Notes: a model not told the origin generated them from the sequence alone. Counted from the first letter of the stretch, positions 46,787-58,539 are shown. The stretch is 61,504 nt of DNA from an uncultured Ectothiorhodospiraceae bacterium (GCA_947258615.1 CAMYIX010000075.1:1-61504); one strand, 5' to 3'. Numbers and translations: made by a program.

Positions 46787-47583
46787 GGCTGACACGCGGC
46801 GTCGTTACCAACACAGGAACGGGCACAGCCACCCTGCCCCGGGGACGGGCGACCGGCAGCCGGCGCAGCGGCGAACCCGGTCGGGTCGCCACCCGTCAGC
46901 AGGGCCGCGTCGACGGCAGGGACTGCGGTTGCCACCTTGGCCAGCCGGGTCGGATCCGCTGGAGGCATCTGCTCCAGGCCCGCCTGGATGCGCGCGATAC
47001 ATTCGATCCGCTCCACACTGGCCAGCATGGCCTGAACAAGCTTCTGCTTGACGAAGTAGCTGCCGATGAGGGGCGGGATATAGAAATCCGGCTCCATCTG
47101 TGCCTGATAGCTTACCTGACTGCGCTCCCCCATGCCGTGTATCTGCCACTCGGCAGAACCTGACTTGAAGCTGCTGAGGGCCGGGACGGTCGTCGCCTCC
47201 AGGCCGCCCGTGCCCGACTCGCGCACATCCTCGACCCGGTCGATTTCCTTGCAAAAGAACCCGATGCAGTCGAGCATGCGGGTCCTCACCCGCACCACGC
47301 CGTCATCCGGCGCGGGCAGGACCTCGCTTTCAGTAATGGCGGGATTCAGACGGTAGATACGCGGGTAGTCGGTCAATACCCGCTGCACGTGGTGCGCCGG
47401 GGCCTGCACCTGCATGACCAGGCTGATACGGTAGACCCCTTCGCTTTCACCGACCTGGAGCTCGGCAAGCTCGGCGCCCCGGACCCGGGGAACCAGCAGG
47501 CACAGCAGCAGGCAGGTGCAGGCAGCGACCCCACGTCGGCCGTGGCCTGTGCAAAGCGGCGTCCGTGAGGATGAACAGAACAT
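46783..47583 (-). CDS. Exported SRPBCC (START/polyketide-cyclase-like) family protein with a Pro/Ala-rich C-terminal extension
   Basis: 266 aa with a hydrophobic N-terminus (VAACTCLLLCLLVPRVRGA). It then reads ...VYRISLVMQVQAPAHHVQRVLTDYPRIYRLNPAI...SAEWQIHGMGERSQVSYQAQMEPDFYIPPLIGSYFVKQKL... Confidence 0.55.
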   Translation of the reverse strand: MFCSSSRTPLCTGHGRRGVAACTCLLLCLLVPRVRGAELAELQVGESEGVYRISLVMQVQAPAHHVQRVLTDYPRIYRLNPAITESEVLPAPDDGVVRVRTRMLDCIGFFCKEIDRVEDVRESGTGGLEATTVPALSSFKSGSAEWQIHGMGERSQVSYQAQMEPDFYIPPLIGSYFVKQKLVQAMLASVERIECIARIQAGLEQMPPADPTRLAKVATAVPAVDAALLTGGDPTGFAAAPAAGRPSPGQGGCARSCVGNDAACQP

Positions 47584-47668
47584 GCACCGCCCTCTTCCCT
47601 GCCCGATTACCGCAGAAGTATAGCAGGCGGTTCCGGGGCCGCAGTCACCGGGCAGGCGGGCGCAGCCA

Positions 47669-47697
47669 TAAAAAAACCGGGCAAGGCCCGGTTTTTA
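47669..47697 (-). terminator. Rho-independent terminator after rplQ (end of the alpha operon)
   Basis: AAAAAA-CCGGGC-AAG-GCCCGG-TTTTT is symmetric. On the minus strand it lies about 30 nt after the rplQ stop. Confidence 0.7.
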
Positions 47698-47723
47698 TTG
47701 ACCTGGCAAGCGCAGGGTCGCTG

Positions 47724-48113
47724 TCAATCCAGCCCGGCCTCGCCGGCCTCGTCCTGCGGACGGTCGACCAGTTCGACGTAGGCCATGGGCGCATTGTCAC
47801 CTGGACGGAAACCGGTTTTCAGGATGCGCAGGTAACCGCCGGGGCGGTCCTTGTAGCGCGGACCCAGCTCATTGAACAGCTTGGTGACGGTGTCGCGGTC
47901 ACGCAGTCGGCTGAAGGCGATACGACGCTTGTGCACGCTGTCGTTCTTGGCCATGGTGATCAGCGGTTCGGCCACGCGCCTCAGCTCCTTGGCCTTGGGC
48001 AGGGTGGTCTTGATCACTTCGTGCTGCAACAGTGACACGGTCATGTTCTGGAACATGGCCTTGCGGTGGGAACTGTTGCGGTTTAATTGCCGTCCTGACT
48101 TGCGATGACGCAT
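47724..48113 (-). CDS. rplQ: 50S ribosomal protein L17
   Basis: 129 aa, [24 protein letters not shown]... Confidence 0.97.
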   Translation of the reverse strand: MRHRKSGRQLNRNSSHRKAMFQNMTVSLLQHEVIKTTLPKAKELRRVAEPLITMAKNDSVHKRRIAFSRLRDRDTVTKLFNELGPRYKDRPGGYLRILKTGFRPGDNAPMAYVELVDRPQDEAGEAGLD

Positions 48114-48117
48114 TGTT

Positions 48118-49137
48118 CTAACTACCTGTTAACTGGGTCGAGTTGACCGCTTCATTTGCTTTCAATCCGGGAGGCGGCCAGTTTTCCAGGCGCATACCCA
48201 GCGAAAGTCCCTTGGTGGCAAGCACGTCCTTGATCTCGGTCAGTGACTTCTTGCCCAGATTCGGTGTCTTCAGCAGCTCAACCTCGGTGCGCTGAATCAG
48301 GTCACCGATAAAATAGATGCTTTCTGCCTTGAGGCAGTTGGCGGAGCGCACGGTCAACTCCAGATCGTCCACCGGGCGCAGCAGTATCGGGTCGATATCG
48401 GTCGCCATGGTCTCCGGCTTGTCTTCGGTACGGGCCTGGAGATCGACAAACGCCGACAGCTGGTCCTGCAGGATGGTTGCCGCATGACGGATCGCCTCCT
48501 CCGGATCGACAGTGCCGTTGGTCTCGATATCGATAATCAGCTTGTCGAGATCGGTACGCTGCTCGACACGGGCACGGTCCACGGTATAGGAGACCCGGCT
48601 GACCGGGCTGTACGAGGCGTCCAGCTGCAGGTTCCCGATGCTGACGCTCTCGCTTTCCTCGTTGTCGCGCGCGGTGGCAGGCTGGTAGCCGCGCCCCTTG
48701 GCGACCTTCAGGCTCATGGAAAGCTCACCGGCCTTGGTCAGGTTGGCAATGACATGGTCCGGGTTCACGATCTCGATATCGTGATCGACAGTGATGTCTC
48801 CGGCAGTCACCGCACCCGGCCCCTTTTTGCTCAGTGTGAGGGTTGCCTCGTCACGGTTGTGCATGCGCAAGGACACCTTCTTGAGATTGAGCAGGATATC
48901 GATGACGTCTTCCTGCACACCCTCGATGGTCGAGTACTCGTGCAGGACACCGTCGATGTGCACCTCGGTGATTGCGGCACCCGGCATCGACGACAGCAGG
49001 ATGCGCCGCAGTGCATTACCGAGGGTGTGACCGAAGCCGCGTTCCAGCGGCTCCAGCGTGACCTTGGCGTGTTTGTCGTTGGCGACCTGAACATCGACAA
49101 TGCGCGGTTTCAGGAATTCACTGACATTTCCAAGCAT
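48118..49137 (-). CDS. rpoA: DNA-directed RNA polymerase subunit alpha
   Basis: 339 aa, ...[28 protein letters not shown]...[16 protein letters not shown]... Confidence 0.97.
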   Translation of the reverse strand: MLGNVSEFLKPRIVDVQVANDKHAKVTLEPLERGFGHTLGNALRRILLSSMPGAAITEVHIDGVLHEYSTIEGVQEDVIDILLNLKKVSLRMHNRDEATLTLSKKGPGAVTAGDITVDHDIEIVNPDHVIANLTKAGELSMSLKVAKGRGYQPATARDNEESESVSIGNLQLDASYSPVSRVSYTVDRARVEQRTDLDKLIIDIETNGTVDPEEAIRHAATILQDQLSAFVDLQARTEDKPETMATDIDPILLRPVDDLELTVRSANCLKAESIYFIGDLIQRTEVELLKTPNLGKKSLTEIKDVLATKGLSLGMRLENWPPPGLKANEAVNSTQLTGS

Positions 49138-49155
49138 GGATAATCCCTCAGTTAC

Positions 49156-49782
49156 TTATTTCGAGTACAGTTCGACGACCAGGTGTTCATTGATATCGGC
49201 CGGCAATTCACCACGCTCCGGTCGCGACTTGTAGACGCCTTCCATCTTCTTGATGTCAACGTCGATCCAGTCCGCGATGCCGCGCTGCTGGGCCAGTTCC
49301 AGGGCAGACTGTATGCGCAGCTGGGAACGCGCCTTTTCATTGATGGTCACGACATCACTCGGCTGCACCTGAAATGAAGGTATGTTGACGCGCTTGCCGT
49401 TTACGCTGACTGCATTGTGCCGGACCAGCTGACGGCCCTCGCTGCGCGAGGACGAGAAACCCATGCGGTAGACAACGTTGTCGAGGCGGCCTTCGAGCAA
49501 CTGCAGCAGGTTCTCACCGGTCGAGCCCTTGATGCGCGCCGCCTGCTTGTAGTAATTGCGGAACTGTGATTCCAGCACGCCGTAGATGCGCCGCAGTTTC
49601 TGCTTCTCGCGCAACTGGGTGGCGTAATCAGACAGGCGCTGGCGCCGCTGACCGTGCTGGCCGGGCGGGAACGGACGGTTCTCTATCGCGCACTTTGCCG
49701 TGAAACATTTTTCGCCCTTGAGAAACAGCTTGCCGCCTTCACGGCGACACTGGCGACATTTGGATCCTGTGTACTTTGCCAT
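49156..49782 (-). CDS. rpsD: 30S ribosomal protein S4
   Basis: 208 aa, [26 protein letters not shown]... Confidence 0.97.
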   Translation of the reverse strand: MAKYTGSKCRQCRREGGKLFLKGEKCFTAKCAIENRPFPPGQHGQRRQRLSDYATQLREKQKLRRIYGVLESQFRNYYKQAARIKGSTGENLLQLLEGRLDNVVYRMGFSSSRSEGRQLVRHNAVSVNGKRVNIPSFQVQPSDVVTINEKARSQLRIQSALELAQQRGIADWIDVDIKKMEGVYKSRPERGELPADINEHLVVELYSK

Positions 49783-49796
49783 GTTCGATTCCTGCG

Positions 49797-50186
49797 CTAG
49801 ACGCGACGCTTCTTGGGTGGACGACAGCCGTTATGCGGAATAGGCGTCACATCGGTGATGTTGGTGATCTGGAAGCCGGCGTTGTTGAGTGCACGCACGG
49901 CGGACTCACGGCCCGGTCCCGGCCCCTTGACCTCGACCTCCAGGTTCTTCATGCCGTATTCCTTCACGATCGCACCTGCCTTCTCGGCCGCAACCTGCGC
50001 CGCAAACGGGGTGCTCTTGCGCGAGCCGCGGAAACCCGACCCGCCGGACGTGGTCCATGCCAGGGCGTTACCCTGTCGATCGGTGATCGTGATAATGGTG
50101 TTATTGAATGAGGCATGAATGTGGGCAATCCCGTCAGAGACATCCCGCTTCACCTTCTTGCGTGTACGTGTAGCTGCCTTCGCCAT
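49797..50186 (-). CDS. rpsK: 30S ribosomal protein S11
   Basis: 129 aa, ...[24 protein letters not shown]... Confidence 0.97.
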   Translation of the reverse strand: MAKAATRTRKKVKRDVSDGIAHIHASFNNTIITITDRQGNALAWTTSGGSGFRGSRKSTPFAAQVAAEKAGAIVKEYGMKNLEVEVKGPGPGRESAVRALNNAGFQITNITDVTPIPHNGCRPPKKRRV

Positions 50187-50231
50187 GCTTGTGTTACCTG
50201 GTTAACGTTTAATTTAAAAAGGCTGAAATCG

Positions 50232-50588
50232 TTACTTGCGAATCGGCCGCCGTGGTCCCTTGCGGGTACGTGCGTTGGTGCGCGTACGCTGGCCGCGCAG
50301 CGGCAAGCCGCGACGGTGCCGGATACCGCGGTAGGAACCCAGGTCCATCAATCGCTTGATGTTCATGGAGACCGTACGCCGCAGGTCACCCTCTACGGTG
50401 TGCTTGGCAACCTCGTTACGTACCGCCTCGATCTCGGGCTCGCTCAGGTCCTTGATTTTCATGTCCGGCTTGATACCGCAGCTTGCACAGATGTTGCGCG
50501 CAGTGGTCCGGCCGATGCCGTAGATCGTCGTCAGGGCGACCTCGGCATGTTTGTGGGTTGGAATGTTAATTCCGGCAATTCGTGCCAT
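50232..50588 (-). CDS. rpsM: 30S ribosomal protein S13
   Basis: 118 aa, [26 protein letters not shown]... Confidence 0.97.
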   Translation of the reverse strand: MARIAGINIPTHKHAEVALTTIYGIGRTTARNICASCGIKPDMKIKDLSEPEIEAVRNEVAKHTVEGDLRRTVSMNIKRLMDLGSYRGIRHRRGLPLRGQRTRTNARTRKGPRRPIRK

Positions 50589-50769
50589 TTACATCATCTC
50601 CAGCATAGCGGGCGCCGGGGCGCCGCGAAAAGGGCGTAAGGATAGCTTCTGGTCATCAGAAAATCAATTACAAACAACGGCCTGCGCCTGCGTCGGGGAC
50701 GCATCCCTGCGCCGCGGGCCGGCGTTGATATATTGCAGCTTTTCAATGCCTTGCATACTGTCGAGGCGC

Positions 50770-50883
50770 TCAGCCCTGGCGCTGCTTGTGGCGGCCATCC
50801 TTGCAGATGACCCGCACCACACCCTTGCGCCGTATGACCTTGCAGTTTCGACAGATTCGCTTGACCGAAGCACGCACTTTCAT
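50770..50883 (-). CDS. rpmJ: 50S ribosomal protein L36
   Basis: Not in the ORF track because it is under 60 aa. The reverse complement reads [37 protein letters not shown], between secY and rpsM. Confidence 0.95.
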   Translation of the reverse strand: MKVRASVKRICRNCKVIRRKGVVRVICKDGRHKQRQG

Positions 50884-50920
50884 GTCAGTTACCTTACCGA
50901 TTGATTGAATATCCGGCCGC

Positions 50921-52242
50921 CTAGCGCAGCAGACCGGCACCGCCCTGGCCTTGCAGATTGGCCTTCTTCATCAGGCCGCTGTACTGGTGGGACACCAGAT
51001 GCGCCTGGATCTGGGCCATGAAGTCCATGACCACAATTACAATAATGAGCAACGAGGTGCCGCCGAAGTAGAACGGAACATTCCAGTACAGGATCAGGAA
51101 CTCCGGCAGCAGGCACACCAGTGTGATATAGACCGCGCCGGCCGTCGTCAGCCGGGTCATCACGCCATCGATATACCTGGCGGTCTGGTCACCCGGACGT
51201 ATCCCGGGTATGAAGGCACCGGACTTCTTCAGGTTGTCCGCCGTCTCGCGGGCGTTGAACACCAGCGCCGTGTAGAAGAAACAGAAGAACACGATCGCCA
51301 GGGCATAGAAAATCACGTACAGCGGCTGGCCCGGTGACAGGGTCGCCGACCGACCCAGCTACCCATGGTGGCCGGGAACAGGATGATACTGGAAGCGAAG
51401 ATCGGCGGGATAACGCCGGCCATGTTCAGCTTCAGGGGCAGATGGCTGCTCTGCGCCGCATAGACCTTGCGCCCCTGCTGGCGCTTGGCGTAATTCACGG
51501 TGATGCGGCGCTGGCCACGTTCGACGAACACCACAAAACCGGTCACCGCAATCGCCAGGGCGAACAGCCCGAGGATCATCAGCGCGTTCATTTCGCCGGT
51601 GCGCGCCAGTTCCAGGGTGCCGCCGATGGCCGATGGCAGACCGGCCACAATACCGGAAAAGATAATAATCGAGATGCCGTTGCCAACCCCGCGCTCGGTC
51701 ACCTGCTCGCCCAGCCACATCAGGAATACCGTTCCGGTGACCAGCGTGACCACCGCGGTCAGTACAAATCCGGGGCCGGGATTGGTCACCAGGGCGCCGC
51801 CGCCTATCTGCTGGGCCTGCAATGCCGATGAAATACCGAATGCCTGCATGGTCGCCAGGCCGACGGTCCCGTAGCGGGTGTACTGGGTGATCTTGCGACG
51901 CCCGGCCTCACCGCCCTCCTTCTTCAGCTGTTCCAGCGACGGCACCGTCACGGTCAGCAGGTTCATGATGATGGATGCCGAGATGTACGGCATGATTCCC
52001 AGCGCGAAGATCGACAGCCGCTCGAGGGCGCCACCGGAGAACATGTTGAACATCTCCAGGATGGTGCCGCGCTGCTGTTCGACCAGGGCTGACAGCACCT
52101 GCGGATCGATGCCCGGCAGGGGAATAAAGGTGCCGATACGGAAGACGATTATGGCGCCAATGACGAAAAAGAGCCGCTGGCGCAGCTCTTTCGTCTGCCC
52201 GATACCGCTGGCAGCATCAGTGATGGAAGGACCGAGAGCCAT
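50921..52242 (-). pseudogene. secY: Preprotein translocase subunit SecY, interrupted by an apparent short out-of-frame deletion around 51341-51351
   Basis: The N-terminal ORF (52242-51313) matches SecY up to ...[13 protein letters not shown], then ends in unrelated sequence ([11 protein letters not shown]). The conserved continuation [31 protein letters not shown]...[12 protein letters not shown]... is in another frame (ORF 51316-50921). About 10-14 residues found in E. coli and Pseudomonas SecY between SWFG and PGQPL are missing. Confidence 0.85.
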
Positions 52243-52677
52243 TTATTCCTCTATTTTGCCTCCGGCCGCCTCAATGGCAGCCCGGGCACCCTTGGTTACT
52301 TTGATACCGCGCAGCGTCACCGCCTTGTCGATGGCGCCGGAGTCGATCACCTTGACGCTTCTGACGTGGCGGGAAATCAGGTTGGCCTGCTTCAGGGCAT
52401 CGAGATCGACGACATCCGCCTCGACCTTGCCCAGTTCGTGCAGGCGAACCTCGTCCGCAAAGCGGGACTTGCGGGAAGTGAATCCGACCTTGGGCAGGCG
52501 GCGCTGCAGCGGCATCTGGCCGCCTTCGAAGCCGACCTTGTGGAAACCGCCGGAACGCGACTTCTGGCCCTTGTGGCCGCGGCCACCGGTCTTGCCGAGT
52601 CCGGAGCCAATACCGCGACCGACGCGCTTGCCGTTCTTTTTGCTGCCGGCTGCCGGTTTTAGTGTATTCAGGCGCAT
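52243..52677 (-). CDS. rplO: 50S ribosomal protein L15
   Basis: 144 aa, [38 protein letters not shown]... Confidence 0.97.
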   Translation of the reverse strand: MRLNTLKPAAGSKKNGKRVGRGIGSGLGKTGGRGHKGQKSRSGGFHKVGFEGGQMPLQRRLPKVGFTSRKSRFADEVRLHELGKVEADVVDLDALKQANLISRHVRSVKVIDSGAIDKAVTLRGIKVTKGARAAIEAAGGKIEE

Positions 52678-52680
52678 TGT

Positions 52681-52866
52681 CTAGTCCTCGACCCTTAACA
52701 TGTAAGAGATCTTGTTGATCATGCCGCGTATTTCCGGCGTGTCGTCAAGCTCGACACTGTGACGGATCCTGCGCAGGCCCAGGCCGCGCACGGTGTCCTT
52801 GTGGCTCTGCAGTCGGCCATTGAAGCTCTTGACGAGCGTAACCCTCAGTTTCTTGTTTCCAGCCAT
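52681..52866 (-). CDS. rpmD: 50S ribosomal protein L30
   Basis: 61 aa, ...[28 protein letters not shown]... Confidence 0.95.
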   Translation of the reverse strand: MAGNKKLRVTLVKSFNGRLQSHKDTVRGLGLRRIRHSVELDDTPEIRGMINKISYMLRVED

Positions 52867-52869
52867 GAC

Positions 52870-53376
52870 TTATTCCAGGATCTCTTGCACCGACTTGCCA
52901 CGCTTGGCGGCCACTTCCTCCGGAGAATGCATATCCTCCAGGCCGTTCATGGTGGCGCGTAGTACATTAATCGGATTGTTTGAACCGATACACTTGGCAA
53001 GTACATCGCGCACACCGACGACCTCGAACACGGCACGCATCGCGCCGCCGGCGATAATTCCGGTACCTTCCGAGGCCGGCTGCATGTACACCTTGGCAGC
53101 ACCGTGGCGTGCGGTAATCGGGTAATGCAGGGTGCCGCCGTTGAGGTTGACTGTCTTCATGTTCTTGCGCGCGGCTTCCATGGCCTTCTGGATGGCCACC
53201 GGGACTTCACGTGCCTTGCCGTAACCGAAACCGACCTTGCCCTCGCCGTCACCGACAACCGTCAGCGCCGTGAAGCCGAACTGCCGGCCACCCTTTACCA
53301 CCTTGGCTACGCGGTTGACCGTGACCAGCTTCTCCAGCAGTCCATCACCTTGCGTCTGTGCATCTACTCTTGCCAT
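52870..53376 (-). CDS. rpsE: 30S ribosomal protein S5
   Basis: 168 aa, ...[32 protein letters not shown]... Confidence 0.97.
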   Translation of the reverse strand: MARVDAQTQGDGLLEKLVTVNRVAKVVKGGRQFGFTALTVVGDGEGKVGFGYGKAREVPVAIQKAMEAARKNMKTVNLNGGTLHYPITARHGAAKVYMQPASEGTGIIAGGAMRAVFEVVGVRDVLAKCIGSNNPINVLRATMNGLEDMHSPEEVAAKRGKSVQEILE

Positions 53377-53390
53377 ATCAGAACCCTTGC

Positions 53391-53744
53391 TCAGAACTCG
53401 AGGCCGTTCTCACGCGCTGCATCTGCCAGCGCCTTGAGACGACCGTGGTATTTAAATCCGGAACGGTCAAATGCGACCTGCGTGACACCGGCCTCCCTGG
53501 CGCGTTCCGCAATCGCCTTGCCTACGACTGTCGCGGCCGCCACTCCACCGGTCGTGCTGATGCCCTTGCGGATATCGCTGTCCAGCGTGGAAGCGCTGAC
53601 CACGACCCTGTCACCTTCCGGCGCAATGATCTGCGCATAGATATGACGCGGCGTACGGTGCACACACAGGCGGGTCGCGCCCAGTTCCTTGATGTGCGCC
53701 CGGGCCCGGCGGGCACGGCGTATACGTGATGCTTTCTTATCCAT
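53391..53744 (-). CDS. rplR: 50S ribosomal protein L18
   Basis: 117 aa, ...[16 protein letters not shown]...[26 protein letters not shown]. Confidence 0.97.
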   Translation of the reverse strand: MDKKASRIRRARRARAHIKELGATRLCVHRTPRHIYAQIIAPEGDRVVVSASTLDSDIRKGISTTGGVAAATVVGKAIAERAREAGVTQVAFDRSGFKYHGRLKALADAARENGLEF

Positions 53745-53752
53745 AATAATGC

Positions 53753-54286
53753 CTATTTCTTCTTGGCTTCCTTCCGGACCACCATCTCATCGGAATAACG
53801 TACGCCTTTGCCCTTGTAGGGTTCCGGCGGACGTAAGGCGCGGATTTCCGCAGCCACCTGGCCGACCCGCTGCTTGTCGATCCCCTTGATGACCACTTCG
53901 GTCTGGCTGGGGGTCTCGGCGGTGATGCCCTCGGGCAACTCATAATCAATCGGGTGCGAAAAACCCAGCGTCAGGTTGAGTACCTTGCCCTTGGCCTGAG
54001 CGCGGTAGCCAACACCGACCAGCTGAAGTTTCTTCTCAAAACCGTCAACCACACCCGTCACCATGTTGTGCAGCAGTGATCGCGTTGTCCCCGAAAGGGC
54101 CACAGCCTGCTTGGATTCATCGCGTGCGCTGACCCTGAGTTCGGCCTCTTCGCGGCTCAGTGCCACCTGGTCGTGCAGCAGGTGCTGCAGTGTACCCTTG
54201 GGGCCCTTGACAGTCAGTAGCTGGCCAGCCTCCGTTATTTCAACGGAAGATGGAACAGTTATCGGCATGTTGGCAATTCTTGACAT
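53753..54286 (-). CDS. rplF: 50S ribosomal protein L6
   Basis: 177 aa, [17 protein letters not shown]...VGVGYRA...[11 protein letters not shown]... Confidence 0.97.
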   Translation of the reverse strand: MSRIANMPITVPSSVEITEAGQLLTVKGPKGTLQHLLHDQVALSREEAELRVSARDESKQAVALSGTTRSLLHNMVTGVVDGFEKKLQLVGVGYRAQAKGKVLNLTLGFSHPIDYELPEGITAETPSQTEVVIKGIDKQRVGQVAAEIRALRPPEPYKGKGVRYSDEMVVRKEAKKK

Positions 54287-54299
54287 CTTTATACCCCGA

Positions 54300-54692
54300 T
54301 CAGCTGACTACACAAAGAATCTCACCGCCTTCACCGGCAGCGCGTGCCTGACGATCGCTCATTACGCCACGCGAGGTGGACACAATGGCGACACCGAGGC
54401 CACCCTGCACTTTTGGCAGTTCATCCTTGCCCTGGTACAGACGCAGGCCGGGACGGCTGGCACGCTGGATATTCTCTATCACGGGCTTGCCTTCATAGTA
54501 TTTCAGCGTCACCGTGAGCACCGCCTTGCCCTCCGCATCATCAGTGGAAAGGTCAGTTATAAAGCCTTCGCCCTTGAGGACCTGTGCAATGGCACATTTC
54601 AGCTTGGAGGACGGCATGGATACCGACGCCTTGTTGGCCGCCTGCCCGTTACGGATGCGCGTCAACATGTCGGCTATGGGATCAGTCATCAT
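54300..54692 (-). CDS. rpsH: 30S ribosomal protein S8
   Basis: 130 aa, [19 protein letters not shown]... Confidence 0.97.
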   Translation of the reverse strand: MMTDPIADMLTRIRNGQAANKASVSMPSSKLKCAIAQVLKGEGFITDLSTDDAEGKAVLTVTLKYYEGKPVIENIQRASRPGLRLYQGKDELPKVQGGLGVAIVSTSRGVMSDRQARAAGEGGEILCVVS

Positions 54693-54698
54693 AATCGT

Positions 54699-55004
54699 TC
54701 ACCAGCTCGCCTTTACCAGACCGGGGATGTCACCGCGCATGGCGGCCTCGCGCAGCTTGTTCCTGGCCAGCCCAAACTTGCGGTAGTAGCCGTGCGGACG
54801 CCCGGTAATGCGGCAGCGGTTGCGCTGCCGGGATGGGCTGGCATCACGCGGCAGGGATTGCAGCTTGAGCTGCGCATTGTAGCGTTCTTCATCGGAGCTG
54901 TTCGGGCTCTTGATGATCGCCTTCAGCTCGGCACGCCTGGCGGCGAACCTTTTTACGGTGCGTGCGCGCTTCTGTTCACGGGCAAGCATGGAATTCTTAG
55001 CCAT
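54699..55004 (-). CDS. rpsN: 30S ribosomal protein S14
   Basis: 101 aa, [16 protein letters not shown]...[26 protein letters not shown]... Confidence 0.97.
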   Translation of the reverse strand: MAKNSMLAREQKRARTVKRFAARRAELKAIIKSPNSSDEERYNAQLKLQSLPRDASPSRQRNRCRITGRPHGYYRKFGLARNKLREAAMRGDIPGLVKASW

Positions 55005-55013
55005 TGTGCTACC

Positions 55014-55553
55014 TCAGTTCCTGAACGGGAAGTTGAACGCCGCCAGCAGCGCGCGGCCTTCCTCGTCCGTTTTAGCAGTTGTCGTAAACGTGACATCCAG
55101 ACCACGCAGGGCATCAATCTTGTCGTAGTCGATCTCGGGGAAGATAATCTGTTCCTGTACGCCCATGCTGTAGTTTCCCCGCCCGTCAAATGACTTCGGA
55201 CTCATGCCGCGGAAGTCGCGGATACGCGGGATAGCGATATTGATCAGCCGATCAAGGAACTCGTACATCTGGGTGCGGCGCAGGGTCACCTTGCAGCCTA
55301 CCGGCCAGCCCTCGCGCACCTTGAAACCGGCAACAGACTTGCGCGCCTTGTTGACGATCGGTTTCTGGCCACCGATCTTGGTCATGTCGTCAACGGCATG
55401 TTCCATCACCTTGCGATCACCCACCGCTTCACCCACACCCATGTTGAGCGTGATCTTGGTGATTCTCGGTATCTCCATGACATTCCTGTAGCCAAACTGC
55501 TCCTTGAGCTGTTTGACGACGGTATCACGGTAATATTCCTGCAGCCTGGCCAT
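55014..55553 (-). CDS. rplE: 50S ribosomal protein L5
   Basis: 179 aa, [43 protein letters not shown]... Confidence 0.97.
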   Translation of the reverse strand: MARLQEYYRDTVVKQLKEQFGYRNVMEIPRITKITLNMGVGEAVGDRKVMEHAVDDMTKIGGQKPIVNKARKSVAGFKVREGWPVGCKVTLRRTQMYEFLDRLINIAIPRIRDFRGMSPKSFDGRGNYSMGVQEQIIFPEIDYDKIDALRGLDVTFTTTAKTDEEGRALLAAFNFPFRN

Positions 55554-55576
55554 ATCTATTTACCAATTATCGAATA

Positions 55577-55894
55577 TCAGATGTCCACTACTTCTTCATT
55601 GGACTTGAAATAACGCACCTTGCGACCATCTTCGAGATACCTGAAGCCGACCCGGTCACCCTTGCTGGTTTGCGGGTTGAACAGCATGATATTGGAAGGG
55701 TCAACGGGCATCTCCTTTTCCACGATCCCGCCGGGAACACCGCGGTTGGGGTTGGGCTTGGTGTGCCGCTTGACCATGTTGACATCAGAGACAACAACCC
55801 GGCCATCCGGCATAACACGCAACACACTGCCGCGCTTGCCCTTGTCCTTGCCCGCGATTACGACAACATCATCACCTTTTCTGATTCTGTTCAT
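55577..55894 (-). CDS. rplX: 50S ribosomal protein L24
   Basis: 105 aa, [27 protein letters not shown]... Confidence 0.97.
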   Translation of the reverse strand: MNRIRKGDDVVVIAGKDKGKRGSVLRVMPDGRVVVSDVNMVKRHTKPNPNRGVPGGIVEKEMPVDPSNIMLFNPQTSKGDRVGFRYLEDGRKVRYFKSNEEVVDI

Positions 55895-55903
55895 GGTCCC
55901 GTC

Positions 55904-56272
55904 CTACAGTACTTCCGGTGCAAGCGAAATGATCTTCATGAACCGCTCGCTGCGCAGCTCCCTTGTCACCGGACCAAATATACGTGTCCCGATCGGCTGC
56001 AGCTGGTTATTGAGCAGCACGGCCGCATTACCGTCGAACCGGATCAATGAGCCATCCTGGCGCCGCACGCCCTTGCGGGTCCGCACCACAACCGCGTTAT
56101 AGACCTCACCCTTCTTGACCTTGCCTCGGGGTATGGCTTCCTTCACGCTGACCTTGATGATGTCACCAATGCGCGCGTAACGGCGGTGTGATCCACCCAA
56201 CACCTTGATGCACTGCAGGCGACGTGCGCCACTGTTGTCGGCGACATCAAGGATTGTCTGCATCTGTATCAT
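55904..56272 (-). CDS. rplN: 50S ribosomal protein L14
   Basis: 122 aa, [28 protein letters not shown]... Confidence 0.97.
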   Translation of the reverse strand: MIQMQTILDVADNSGARRLQCIKVLGGSHRRYARIGDIIKVSVKEAIPRGKVKKGEVYNAVVVRTRKGVRRQDGSLIRFDGNAAVLLNNQLQPIGTRIFGPVTRELRSERFMKIISLAPEVL

Positions 56273-56313
56273 GCTTGCATTCCGTCCGTATTGTTCTCGC
56301 TAGAGAGCCGCGG

Positions 56314-56574
56314 TTACTCGCTGCGCCCGACTATATCCACCAACTGCCAAGACTTGGACTTCGACAGCGGACGGCACTGTTGTATGGTTACCGTGTCGCC
56401 TTCCTGACACGCATTTTCTGCATCATGCACATGCAACTTGGTCGAACGGCGGATGTACTTCCCGTAAATCGGGTGCTTGACCTTGCGTTCTATCAGCACC
56501 GTGACCGTCTTGTCCATCTTGTTGCTGATGACCTTGCCGGTTACGGTCCGCTGGCCCCCGGATTGCTCGCTCAT
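56314..56574 (-). CDS. rpsQ: 30S ribosomal protein S17
   Basis: 86 aa, ...[43 protein letters not shown]... Confidence 0.97.
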   Translation of the reverse strand: MSEQSGGQRTVTGKVISNKMDKTVTVLIERKVKHPIYGKYIRRSTKLHVHDAENACQEGDTVTIQQCRPLSKSKSWQLVDIVGRSE

Positions 56575-56774
56575 GACGCCTCACCTGCCTTGATCTTCTG
56601 GTTTATTACCGTGTAAATCCGCGCAATGTCCTTGCGCACCTTGCCCATCTGGTCGGGGCGCGACAGCTGCCCGGTACCGCGCTGCATACGCAGGTTGAAA
56701 CTCTCGCGCAGCAGATTGCCGAGCTCCAGGCGGAGTTCACTGACCGACTTGCTTCTAAGCTCTGCAGCTTTCAT
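56571..56774 (-). CDS. rpmC: 50S ribosomal protein L29
   Basis: The start is placed at the ATG at 56774 ([31 protein letters not shown]...), which overlaps the rplP TGA by 1 nt. The track ORF begins one codon earlier at a GTG. Confidence 0.95.
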   Translation of the reverse strand: MKAAELRSKSVSELRLELGNLLRESFNLRMQRGTGQLSRPDQMGKVRKDIARIYTVINQKIKAGEAS

Positions 56775-57187
56775 CACATCACCGTCCGTGTCACGAAGGT
56801 TGTCTTGAAGGGCAGCTTGGCGGCTGCCAGCTTGAATGCCTGGCGGGCGACGTCTTCCGACACACCTTCAATTTCGTAAAGTACGCGGCCCGGCTGGATC
56901 TGTGCGATCCAGTATTCCACGTTGCCCTTGCCCTTGCCCATGCGCACCTCGATCGGCTTCTTGGTGATCGGCACGTCAGGAAACACGCGGATCCAGAGCT
57001 TGCCGCCGCGCTTGACATGGCGCGTAATGGTGCGGCGTGCCGCCTCGATCTGGCGTGCTGTCATGCGGCCGCGCGCCGTCGCCTTCAGCGCATACTCGCC
57101 GAAACTTACCTTGCCGCCGCGAACGGCCAGACCGCGGTTGCGGCCCTTCTGCTGTTTACGGAATTTGGTTCTCTTGGGCTGTAACAT
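56774..57187 (-). CDS. rplP: 50S ribosomal protein L16
   Basis: 137 aa, [21 protein letters not shown]... Confidence 0.97.
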   Translation of the reverse strand: MLQPKRTKFRKQQKGRNRGLAVRGGKVSFGEYALKATARGRMTARQIEAARRTITRHVKRGGKLWIRVFPDVPITKKPIEVRMGKGKGNVEYWIAQIQPGRVLYEIEGVSEDVARQAFKLAAAKLPFKTTFVTRTVM

Positions 57188-57202
57188 GACCTATCTCCGC
57201 TA

Positions 57203-57877
57203 TCAGGACGCGGCCTGGCGTGCCGTATCCGCCTCGGCCTCTTCGCCTTTGTCAAAAACCTCGCCCTTGAAGATCCAGACCTTCACCCCGATCACGCCAT
57301 AGGTGGTGTTTGCCTCGGCCGTACCGTAGTCGATATCCGCACGCAGCGTGTGCAGCGGCACCCGTCCTTCGCGGTACCATTCGGAGCGGGCGATCTCGGC
57401 GCCGTTGAGGCGGCCGGCAACACTGATCTTGATGCCCCCCGCGCCGATTCGCATGGCATTGCTCACCGCGCGCTTCATGGCGCGGCGGAACATGATACGG
57501 CGTTCCAGCTGCTGGGCGACACTTTCCGCGACCAGGGTTGCGTCCAGTTCCGGCTTGCGAATCTCCTCGACATTGATGTTGACCGGGATGCCCATGCGCT
57601 CGGACACCTCCTTGCGCAGGCGATCGATATCCTCACCCTTCTTGCCGATCACGATACCGGGACGTGCCGTGTGCACCGTAATCACGGCATTGTGTGCAGG
57701 ACGCGAAATCTGAACGCGGCTTACCGACGCCTGGGAAAGCCGCTTCTTGATGAAGTCACGGATCTCCAGGTCCGTGTTCAGGTAATCGGCAAAATCCTTT
57801 GAATCGGCATACCACGTGGACGTCCAGTCCTTGACTACGCCGAGTCGGATACCTGTTGGATGTACTTTCTGGCCCAT
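57203..57877 (-). CDS. rpsC: 30S ribosomal protein S3
   Basis: 224 aa, [24 protein letters not shown]... Confidence 0.97.
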   Translation of the reverse strand: MGQKVHPTGIRLGVVKDWTSTWYADSKDFADYLNTDLEIRDFIKKRLSQASVSRVQISRPAHNAVITVHTARPGIVIGKKGEDIDRLRKEVSERMGIPVNINVEEIRKPELDATLVAESVAQQLERRIMFRRAMKRAVSNAMRIGAGGIKISVAGRLNGAEIARSEWYREGRVPLHTLRADIDYGTAEANTTYGVIGVKVWIFKGEVFDKGEEAEADTARQAAS

Positions 57878-57900
57878 ACTGGTCTTTGCGCCTCTACCTG

Positions 57901-58236
57901 TTAGTTTGCGTCACCCACCATGACGGTGATGTGACTGTTGCGTTTGAGAATCCGTGTACCCCGGCCCTTGGCACGTGCCCGGAACCGTTTCAGGGTGCGA
58001 CCTTCGTTAACGTAGATCGCCGCGACCTTGAGTTCGTCGATATCCGCGCCTTCGTTATGCTCGGCATTGGCAATTGCCGACTCGAGCACCTTGCGCACCA
58101 TGGCGGCCGCTTTCCTGGGGCTGAAGGTCAACACGTTGAGTGCCTTTTCAACCGGCAGCCCGCGGATCTGGTCTGCTATCAAGCGGCACTTCTGCGGTGA
58201 AATCCGCGCATGCTTCAATGTTGAACTGACCTGCAT
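57901..58236 (-). CDS. rplV: 50S ribosomal protein L22
   Basis: 111 aa, ...[35 protein letters not shown]... Confidence 0.97.
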   Translation of the reverse strand: MQVSSTLKHARISPQKCRLIADQIRGLPVEKALNVLTFSPRKAAAMVRKVLESAIANAEHNEGADIDELKVAAIYVNEGRTLKRFRARAKGRGTRILKRNSHITVMVGDAN

Positions 58237-58248
58237 CTCTATATCCCC

Positions 58249-58521
58249 TTACTTCGCCTTCCTGTCCGCCGCATGACCCCGGAAGGTCCGGGTCAGGGCA
58301 AATTCACCCAACTTGTGGCCGACCATGTTCTCGTTGATCAGTACCGGCACATGCTGACGCCCGTTATGCACGGCAATGGTCAGACCGACCATTTCCGGTA
58401 AAACCATCGAGCGGCGCGACCAGGTCTTGATCGGACGCTTACTGTTCTCGGCAACCGCCTTGTCCACCTTCTTCTGGAGATGGCTATCGACAAACGGTCC
58501 TTTTCTGATCGAACGTGGCAC
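58249..58521 (-). CDS. rpsS: 30S ribosomal protein S19
   Basis: 90 aa, [19 protein letters not shown]...HNGRQHVPV...[16 protein letters not shown]... Confidence 0.97.
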   Translation of the reverse strand: MPRSIRKGPFVDSHLQKKVDKAVAENSKRPIKTWSRRSMVLPEMVGLTIAVHNGRQHVPVLINENMVGHKLGEFALTRTFRGHAADRKAK

Positions 58522-58539
58522 AGTTCAAGTTCCTCGTAA

